Assembly (NCBI GenBank): GCA_964364265.1
Contig: CAYILA010000002.1
Location: 7,573 to 52,506, forward strand
From: an uncultured Candidatus Saccharibacteria bacterium
GTDB lineage: Bacteria; Patescibacteriota; UBA1384; XYA2-FULL-43-10; 1-14-0-10-43-13
Direction of reading: 5' to 3'
DNA: 44,934 bases
Each line of letters begins with the position of its first letter. Within the stretch, counting starts at the first letter, position 1. The notes below the pieces were generated by a model that ran no database searches, had not been told where the DNA came from, and worked only from the letters and a program-made list of their open reading frames with translations. Positions 39,256 to 44,934 of the stretch are shown here, piece after piece. The position numbers were made by a program, and so were the translations under genes.

Positions 39256-39450
39256 ATGCCGATAGATATAGTGCCTCGAAAAAACGGTGGATTTGGAGTC
39301 TCGGATCCCGATAATCCGGGCTCAATCATCCTTTCTCTTGACGAAGAGTCAGAGAAAAAAACCATGGCTGAGGTTGAAGAGGAAGTGCGGCGCATCCTCG
39401 AGAATCGCCGCAAGAACCCGCCCCGCACATCCCGCAAGGGGGTGCGATAA
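39256..39450 (+). CDS. Small protein with a HicB-N-like pattern
   Basis: SD AAAGGGG; NGGFGVSDPDNPG...EEEVRRILE. Confidence 0.55.
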   Translation: MPIDIVPRKNGGFGVSDPDNPGSIILSLDEESEKKTMAEVEEEVRRILENRRKNPPRTSRKGVR

Positions 39451-39510
39451 GTGCGAAGTGTACCGAACCCCGTAAGCGTTTTATCCGCGTCGGGGCTCGA
39501 CCATTGCGCA

Positions 39511-39549
39511 TTTAACCAATGTACACTTCCAAGGTGTACATTGGTTAAA
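39511..39549. repeat. Perfect 16-bp inverted repeat
   Basis: tttaaccaatgtacac-ttccaag-gtgtacattggttaaa. Confidence 0.85.
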
Positions 39550-39552
39550 GTA

Positions 39553-39726
39553 TTGATATTAATGAAACTTTTCTATAGTATGAAAGCCAATGTTAGTAAA
39601 TCAATTAAAATCTAGCCGCAATATTTTCTACACCTGGCTCTTTTCACAAAGCATCGCGGTAGGTTTTATTGAGTGAAATTATATCAATTGCTCAACAAAA
39701 TCAAACCGCGGGAACGCGGTTTTTTG
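39553..39726 (+). promoter_or_regulatory. Attenuator cassette C: promoter, 28-aa uORF (39590-39676), 1:2/2:3/3:4 helices
   Basis: TTGATA-17-TAGTAT; MLVNQLKSSRNIFYTWLFSQSIAVGFIE*; aaaccgcg-ggaa-cgcggtttttt. Confidence 0.75.
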
Positions 39727-39816
39727 GTAAATATTTAGTTTCTCTCCGAGCTTTATGGCTCAAAGAGCCGGAGGCTAAATCGGGAAGCTAAATCGTTCAC
39801 CGAAAGGAGATAGGGG

Positions 39817-40065
39817 ATGTGGATTGAACTGTGGTCGAGGGACAATCGGATCTATTTTCAGATCTATAATCCAGATGGGGAGAAGAAGGCCGAGGTTGGC
39901 CTTTCGATCGACTATGAGCAGGCAGAACGGATCGCCAACGAGGCGGTCAGAAAACCGACTGCCGAGGAGGCAGCTGAGTATATCTTGCGGGCGTATATGG
40001 TTTTGCCCGGACCGAATGAAGTGGCGGCGGAATACCGGGCCGAAGCATTTTGGGCAGAAAGGTAG
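39817..40065 (+). CDS. Small hypothetical protein (82 aa)
   Basis: SD AAAGGAG. Confidence 0.65.
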   Translation: MWIELWSRDNRIYFQIYNPDGEKKAEVGLSIDYEQAERIANEAVRKPTAEEAAEYILRAYMVLPGPNEVAAEYRAEAFWAER

Positions 40066-40072
40066 GAAATGA

Positions 40073-40423
40073 ATGGTGATGCTAGGTTCGCTAAGTCCCT
40101 CGGAATTGGCGACATTAAATCTTCTCGCGATGGAAGACGAGCGGTTCAAAGTCGTTGGAAGGATCAACCAGCAGATATTGGCTCGGGTATTAGGGTTTTC
40201 CAGCCTTGCCGTCATCGATCCGGACTCAATTCAGGATCACATTGTGGTTACCGGTATACCCGAGACCAGAAACGGAGTGCCGTACCTAACGAGGTTGATC
40301 CGATCTAAAGATCGGATGCCGCTTTACTCCCACAAGCACAACACGCTTGAGGAGGGTGAGCGGATACGAAAGGACATTATCGAATGTGTTCAAAACGGGA
40401 AGCCCCTTGCCGGGATTCCCTAA
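40073..40423 (+). CDS. Hypothetical protein (116 aa)
   Basis: Tightly follows the previous ORF; hairpin terminator 40428-40462 downstream. Confidence 0.6.
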   Translation: MVMLGSLSPSELATLNLLAMEDERFKVVGRINQQILARVLGFSSLAVIDPDSIQDHIVVTGIPETRNGVPYLTRLIRSKDRMPLYSHKHNTLEEGERIRKDIIECVQNGKPLAGIP

Positions 40424-40514
40424 ATCAGGCCCCTTGCCCTCTCCTAGGGTGAGGGGCTTTCTCGTTCAAACAAAAAAGCCCCCTTAGGGGGCTAAATATT
40501 AGAAATATAAATTA

Positions 40515-41159
40515 CTAAAAAGTAAAGATTGTTCCCTTAACCAAGAACGAGAAAACCCGCAGGATCGGCTCCATTATAGTGGAGATAATCGAGGTGCCGG
40601 TCAGGGGCCCGATTACTAATAGGCCGATCAGGATGACCGGACCTACTGATTGGTAGGTCTCCTGCATGTCGGGGCTTAAGAAATATTCGACGATGTGAGA
40701 GCCGTCCAGGGGGTAAATTGGCAGCAGGTTAAAGGCGGCCAGCATCAGGTTCAACTCAACGATGAAATTCAAAAACGACAAAGCGGCCGAGGAATCAATC
40801 GTGTGTCCGGTCATCAGAGCGTATCTGATCGGTAAAGCGAGCGCGAAAGCAACTATTAAATTGGCAATGATTCCGGCCAAGGCGACTTTGATTTCATCCG
40901 ACCGTTTATGGAAATTGCGGGGGTCGATCGGAACCGGTTTGCCCCAGCCGAATCCGGCGATCAAAATAAAAATCGTGCCGATCGGGTCAAAGTGGGCGAA
41001 GGGATTTAGGGTCATCCGGCCGTTTAACTTGGCGGTGGCGTCGCCGGATTTGTAGGCGACAAAGGCGTGGGCGAATTCATGAATTGTCAGACCAATGCCA
41101 AAAGCGACGATAAAAGCGACAACATAGATTGGATTTTGCAGGATATTGGATAGGAACAT
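40515..41159 (-). CDS. Site-2 protease (M50 family)
   Basis: HEFAH, GDAT...GR.TLNP, GWGKPVP, FNLLPIYPLDG; start moved to MFLSN. Confidence 0.93.
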   Translation of the reverse strand: MFLSNILQNPIYVVAFIVAFGIGLTIHEFAHAFVAYKSGDATAKLNGRMTLNPFAHFDPIGTIFILIAGFGWGKPVPIDPRNFHKRSDEIKVALAGIIANLIVAFALALPIRYALMTGHTIDSSAALSFLNFIVELNLMLAAFNLLPIYPLDGSHIVEYFLSPDMQETYQSVGPVILIGLLVIGPLTGTSIISTIMEPILRVFSFLVKGTIFTF

Positions 41160-41200
41160 ATAAGTCTGTAAAGTCGAAAGTCTGTAAAGTGATACATCAG

Positions 41201-41294
41201 TGTCATCCCGACTGATCCGCCAGCTGGCGGAGAACGGAGGGATCCCTCGGTTCGCTATACTCGCTCGGGATAACATTCGTCACTTTTGACTGAT
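41201..41294. repeat. REP-like palindromic element, copy 1
   Basis: tgtcatcccgac...gatccctcg...tatactcgctcgggataacattcgtcacttttgactga. Confidence 0.8.
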
Positions 41295-41375
41295 TTTACT
41301 CTTGCGCAAAGGCGCTTTTTTTGTTAATATATCAAAGTAACATAATAATAGTATCAAAAAACGGGAAATAAAACT

Positions 41376-41591
41376 ATGGCCAAGTGCGCCCTCTGTCAAA
41401 AAAGAGCCGCGAGCGGAAATGCCGTTTCTCACTCGCAAATTCATACCAAAAGAAAATTCAAACCCAACCTCCAGAAAGTCAATGGAGTGGTTCTTTGTAC
41501 CAAGTGCCTCCGGACTATCAGGAAAGAAAACAAGGTAATTGAGGACCTTGAGCAAATAGTCGAGGAAAAAGTTGAGGAAGCAAAGGAATAA
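41376..41591 (+). CDS. rpmB: 50S ribosomal protein L28
   Basis: C..C.K....GN.VSHS..HTKR.FKPNLQ...CTKCLR. Confidence 0.95.
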   Translation: MAKCALCQKRAASGNAVSHSQIHTKRKFKPNLQKVNGVVLCTKCLRTIRKENKVIEDLEQIVEEKVEEAKE

Positions 41592-41607
41592 CCAAAGCCC
41601 TACCAAA

Positions 41608-41725
41608 TTACGAATAAAACTAAAATACGAAATTACAAATAAACGCGATTAACACAGAAAATGTCAATTGCGGATATGAATAGTTTCGTATTTTTGTAAT
41701 TTCGATATAATTTGTACTTTCGTAG
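41608..41725. repeat. Imperfect inverted repeat of tacgaa/ttcgta units
   Basis: ttacgaat..tacgaaattacaaat versus ttcgtatttttgtaatttcg..ttcgtag. Confidence 0.65.
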
Positions 41726-41734
41726 GAAATTTGG

Positions 41735-42073
41735 TTACTCCGGGACTTTTTCGCCGAGCGCTTCAATCGCCTTGTTGCGATTCTCAATTTCTTTATTAAA
41801 ACAGCTTTCGCAGAGGATGTCTTCGGTCTTCGGCTCAAAGGGCACCTCGGCTTTTTTGCCGCACTTCTTGCATTTGATAGTCCAGACGGGGTGTTTTTCG
41901 TGTAGTTTTTTCTTATAAACATCGACGCAGACCTTGCAGCGTTTCGGAATATTTTGCAATCCTTTATCTAAGAAGAATTTTTGCTCGCCGGCAGTCCACA
42001 AAAACTTGTTGCCGCAATCCTGGCAAAGCAGTGTCTTATCTTCTAAATCTTTTTCTTTGACTTTTGATCCCAT
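41735..42073 (-). CDS. Zinc-ribbon / CxxC-x17-CxxC protein
   Basis: DK.L.C.DCG..F.WTAGEQ.FF..KG..N.PKRC..C; CKKCG...VPF.P.....C..CF. Confidence 0.9.
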   Translation of the reverse strand: MGSKVKEKDLEDKTLLCQDCGNKFLWTAGEQKFFLDKGLQNIPKRCKVCVDVYKKKLHEKHPVWTIKCKKCGKKAEVPFEPKTEDILCESCFNKEIENRNKAIEALGEKVPE

Positions 42074-42079
42074 TGTGTA

Positions 42080-42118
42080 AAATCCTAAATCCTAAATCCT
42101 AAATCCTAAAATCTAAAT
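42080..42118. repeat. Tandem heptamer (aaatcct) x4-5
   Basis: aaatcctaaatcctaaatcctaaatcctaaaatctaaat. Confidence 0.85.
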
Positions 42119-42235
42119 AACTCTCGACCGGTCATCGCAAAAGGCAATGCGCTGAACATTGTTATTGGACTATTCTAATTTTAGCTACGAATCCATCGCT
42201 TGTCAATCGAAGCTCCGGATGATACTTTGGATAAT

Positions 42236-42931
42236 ATGAAGCCAAAAGAACTTTTGGAATATGAATCAAAAAATAACTCCTGGAGCCACGCATATCTGTT
42301 TGTCGGTACTGACAGGGGAGAAATCGACTCATTGATTGATTATTTTATTGAAAAGAAAAACATTCTACCCTCCGATACTGAAAGATATGAACCAGAGGAA
42401 GCGACGGGGAAGGAGGGAGAAATTAAGGTAGAGGACTTAAGAAATTTGATCCATAAAATAAATCTCTCCTCGACCAACGGCCGACTGGCCGTAATCTATG
42501 GCGCCGAGAAACTGAACCGGTCCTCGGGAAATATTCTTCTAAAAACTTTGGAGGAGCCGCCCGAAGATTCTACCGTAATATTGGTCTCCAGAAATCAAAA
42601 AATTCTTCCGACAATCAAATCACGCTGCCGGATGATCCAAATTTTGCAGGATGGTAAAAATAAAGAATTAGAGTATAATTTTAAACAGTTGTTCGAGGGA
42701 ACATTCTTTGAATTTTCCAAGTTTGCCGAGGAGATTTCAAAAGTGGAAAAAACGGAACAATTTTTAGAAGAACTCACACGGTATCTGCGCCAGGAAATGC
42801 TCAACACCGGAGAGTCAAAATACTCGAAATTGATTAGGGAGGTAGAAGAGAATAAGCTGGCATTGCAAAATAATGCCAACCCTCGTTTGCTTCTGGAAAA
42901 TTTGTATATTAAGATAAAAAATGATATGTAA
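42236..42931 (+). CDS. holB: DNA polymerase III delta' subunit (short form)
   Basis: HAYLF.G, N.LLKTLEEPP, ILPTIKSRC. Confidence 0.88.
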   Translation: MKPKELLEYESKNNSWSHAYLFVGTDRGEIDSLIDYFIEKKNILPSDTERYEPEEATGKEGEIKVEDLRNLIHKINLSSTNGRLAVIYGAEKLNRSSGNILLKTLEEPPEDSTVILVSRNQKILPTIKSRCRMIQILQDGKNKELEYNFKQLFEGTFFEFSKFAEEISKVEKTEQFLEELTRYLRQEMLNTGESKYSKLIREVEENKLALQNNANPRLLLENLYIKIKNDM

Positions 42932-42948
42932 AATGTGCTGGAGGCATT

Positions 42949-43695
42949 GTGCTTGAGGTATTCATAATAATTTGTTTGGCTCTTGCCTTTTTCTTGGTGA
43001 TGAGAAGATTTCCTAAAGATTTGGACAACAATGTTTCGAATATCGACCCTGAAAAGATCGAAAAGGAAACAATCGTGAAGTGGAATTTTTTTAAAAAGCG
43101 AGAAAATGAGCTTGATAATATAAAAGATGAGATAAGCCGGGGACAGGAACAGGTCGTCGCTCCTTCTGATATTGACACAGCCCAGCGCCGTTATATGGAA
43201 GAAGATCCGCTTCTGGCCAGGGAATTGCTTGAGGCGGACAAGGCGATTGACGCCGGCGATCTTCGGACGGCCGAGGATATCGCTATCGCCGCCATCAAGC
43301 AGAATAAACGCTGCGCTCAGGCCTATGTAATCATCGGCCGGGTGGCGCAGCAAAGAGGCGTATTTGATGAGGCGAAGGAGGCCTACAAAGTAGCCAAAAA
43401 GTGCAATTCGGAGCTGGCAGAACCGTATTATGGTTTGGGTCAGATTGATCTTAAAGATGAAAATTACTCCGATGCGATTGAAAATTTGCAAAGGGCGGTG
43501 ATATTGGATAGGAGCCGACCCGATTGGTATGCCACGCTCGGCAAGGCCTATATGGAGGTTCGTCAATTCGCCCGCGCCGCCAAAGCATTAAAACGGGCCG
43601 CCTCGCTAGATATGGATAATAAAGAATACAAAGACCTGGCCGCCGAGGCGGAGGAGAAGCAACGCACCCATTCCCAGGCGTTTAGGTCGCGGTAA
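42949..43695 (+). CDS. Membrane-anchored TPR protein
   Basis: N-terminal TM; YYGLG..A..; LGKAY...A..AL..A repeats. Confidence 0.85.
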   Translation: MLEVFIIICLALAFFLVMRRFPKDLDNNVSNIDPEKIEKETIVKWNFFKKRENELDNIKDEISRGQEQVVAPSDIDTAQRRYMEEDPLLARELLEADKAIDAGDLRTAEDIAIAAIKQNKRCAQAYVIIGRVAQQRGVFDEAKEAYKVAKKCNSELAEPYYGLGQIDLKDENYSDAIENLQRAVILDRSRPDWYATLGKAYMEVRQFARAAKALKRAASLDMDNKEYKDLAAEAEEKQRTHSQAFRSR

Positions 43696-43715
43696 ATATT
43701 TAATAAACTCAAACA

Positions 43716-43747
43716 AAAATATCTCAGCTCTTGGCTGGGATATTTTT
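43716..43747. terminator. Bidirectional terminator
   Basis: aaaaatatctcagc-tcttg-gctgggatattttt between convergent genes. Confidence 0.8.
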
Positions 43748-43820
43748 GGCAGGGGCTAGAGGAGTCGGACCTCTGACTGGGGTTTTGGAGACCCTTATTA
43801 TACCGTTTAACTAAGCCCCT
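43747..43820 (-). tRNA. tRNA-Trp(CCA)
   Basis: AGGGGCT...GGGT-CTCCAAA-ACCC...AGCCCCTGCCA; downstream of rpmG. Confidence 0.93.
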
Positions 43821-43854
43821 AAATAAGTCAAAAAGTCTGATAGCAACACTATTG

Positions 43855-43950
43855 TGTCATTCCGACCGACCGAATGGAGCGGAGGAATCTTTCAAAAGAT
43901 CCCTCGACTCGTTATACTCGCTCGGGATGACATTCGTCACTTTCGACTGA
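43855..43950. repeat. REP-like palindromic element, copy 2
   Basis: tgtcattccgac...gatccctcg...tatactcgctcgggatgacattcgtcactttcgactga. Confidence 0.8.
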
Positions 43951-43952
43951 TG

Positions 43953-44120
43953 TTATTTTGACTCTTTGTGAACAGTTTTCTTGCGATCCTGCTGGCAGTA
44001 TTTAGAAAATTCCAAACGAGCAATAACGCCTTGTCCTTTCAGGCGTTTCTCTGTGTGATAATTTCTACTCTTGCATTCTGTGCATTCGAGAGTAACTAGT
44101 TTTCTTGCTTCTTTTGCCAT
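43953..44120 (-). CDS. rpmG: 50S ribosomal protein L33 (not in the ORF track)
   Basis: MAKEARKLVTLECTECKSRNYHTEKRLKGQGVIARLEFSKYCQQDRKKTVHKESK*. Confidence 0.93.
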   Translation of the reverse strand: MAKEARKLVTLECTECKSRNYHTEKRLKGQGVIARLEFSKYCQQDRKKTVHKESK

Positions 44121-44213
44121 GATATTCCTATCTGTATATTACTAATTCTGCCCTTCGATAAACTCAGGGCATTCTCCTCGCTGGCCTGCCATGAGCGAGC
44201 AAAGCGAGTCGAA

Positions 44214-44288
44214 TGGAGCCAGTGGAGGGATTTGAACCCACGACCTTCGCTTTACAAAAGCGCTGCTCTACCACTGAGCTACACTGGC
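44214..44288 (-). tRNA. tRNA-Thr(TGT)
   Basis: GCCAGTGTAGCTCAGTGGTAGAGC..CGCT-TTTGTAA-AGCG..GGTTCAAATCC..CTGGCTCCA. Confidence 0.95.
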
Positions 44289-44555
44289 ATTAACTATATT
44301 AATCGAACCTTCAATAAGCCACTTTTTCTTTTCTGCTCGCCAACCTTTAACCTGAATTTCTCTCTTGCGAGCTTCGGATTTCGTATTGTATGGAGCAGAA
44401 ATATAAACAAGTTTCATCGGGCCTTGGTCAATCGCAAACTTAGCTCCTTGTCCGGAATTATGCAACTCAATCCTTTTTAAAGGGTTTGGTGAAATTCCAG
44501 TGTAATATCGCTTTGTCTTGCTGGACTGAGCTATATACAATTTCCATGATTCCAT
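44268..44555 (-). CDS. Small standalone GIY-YIG nuclease
   Basis: LYI......YYTG.....RI..HNSG.GAK...A.KRE.QVK. Confidence 0.9.
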   Translation of the reverse strand: MESWKLYIAQSSKTKRYYTGISPNPLKRIELHNSGQGAKFAIDQGPMKLVYISAPYNTKSEARKREIQVKGWRAEKKKWLIEGSINIVNASVAQW

Positions 44556-44667
44556 TGACTGGTCCTTCGACTTCGCTCAGGATCATTCGACTTTGACCAT
44601 GAATACACTTATTTTTCTAACATGGCTTGCCATGAGCGAGGAGTTAACTTGTTAACGACGAGTCGAA

Positions 44668-44753
44668 TGGTGCTGGGAGTAGGATTCGAACCTACGAAGG
44701 CATAAGCCGTGTGATTTACAGTCACATGCGTTTGACCGCTTCGCTATCCCAGC
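44668..44753 (-). tRNA. tRNA-Tyr(GTA)
   Basis: CTGTAAA loop, long variable arm, GGTTCGAATCC, CCA end. Confidence 0.95.
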
Positions 44754-44754
44754 A

Positions 44755-44830
44755 TGGAGCCGTTGACGGGAATCGGACCCGTGACCTCACCCTTACCAAG
44801 GGTGTGCTCTGCCAACTGAGCTACAACGGC
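44755..44830 (-). tRNA. tRNA-Thr(GGT)
   Basis: GCCGTTGTAGCTCAG..CACCC-TTGGTAA-GGGTG..CAACGGCTCCA. Confidence 0.93.
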
Positions 44831-44934
44831 AATGGTTATGTGCTCTGCCTCGACCAGAGGCCGATGGGCCTTTGGCCCAAACTGAGCTACAACGGCAATG
44901 GTTATGTGCTCTGCCTCGACCAGAGGCCGATGGG
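44814..44934. repeat. 66-bp tandem repeat containing the 5' end of tRNA-Thr(GGT); runs off the window
   Basis: aactgagctacaacggcaatggttatgtgctctgcctcgaccagaggccgatggg at 44814 and 44880. Confidence 0.85.

Noticed and set aside
39580-39615. Alternative 11-aa leader MKANVSKSIKI
   Set aside because: Its ATG overlaps the predicted -10 hexamer; ATG 39590 matches the spacing of the other cassettes
37753-39726. T-box or amino-acid-specific attenuators
   Set aside because: No T-box AAxxxGGGTGGxACC consensus and no tandem regulatory codons; single Trp codons in only two of three uORFs
37864-40215. Minus-strand ORFs 37864-38331, 38970-39437 and 39775-40215
   Set aside because: Promoters, SDs and terminators all point to the plus strand; these are likely GC-rich shadows
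41160-41276. N-terminal extension of the S2P protease
   Set aside because: It is read-through of a REP-like element; the family-like start is at 41159
42595-43566. 323-aa minus-strand ORF
   Set aside because: Antisense shadow of holB and the TPR gene, with no motifs
44814-44934. Possible CRISPR array
   Set aside because: Units are identical end to end with no unique spacers, derive from a tRNA, and no cas genes are present
1-44934. Alternative genetic code (UGA=Gly) or a prophage
   Set aside because: Conserved genes are intact under code 11 and several end in TGA; no phage or integrase genes seen

Overview
Chromosomal segment of a small-genome bacterium, most likely a Candidate Phyla Radiation (Patescibacteria) organism. 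This is inferred from the alpha2-type GlyRS, mostly SD-less core genes, typical palindromic intergenic repeats and GIY-YIG/GxxExxY insertions. It uses the standard code 11. In order, the window holds a WxL/DUF916-like surface or pilus cluster, a GlmU-type nucleotidyltransferase, recO, glyS, a decayed PEP-utiliser/NYN patch, a dcw cluster (mraZ, ftsL, ftsI, murF, mraY, murD, ftsW, murG, murC, murB, ftsQ; no rsmH), recJ, radA, a class A PBP, tyrS, argS, exported proteins, tRNA-Pro preceded by an unannotated structured RNA, an ABC-2 exporter, an accessory island at 37.7-40.5 kb, then an S2P protease, rpmB, holB, a TPR protein, rpmG and a tRNA cluster. The most striking unexplained signal is in the island: three cassettes of different sequence share one architecture (sigma70 promoter, near-leaderless 22-30 aa uORF, alternative antiterminator/terminator helices, further structured RNA, SD-led small orphan gene). 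This looks like a repeated ribosome-dependent attenuation system with no amino-acid-specific codon runs. Other leads are a MurB that appears to have lost all three catalytic residues, a duplicated mraZ start forming a uORF, a 6S-like RNA candidate, a standalone Cys-rich peptide and several mobile palindrome families. All calls were made by eye; no searches or folding programs were run.
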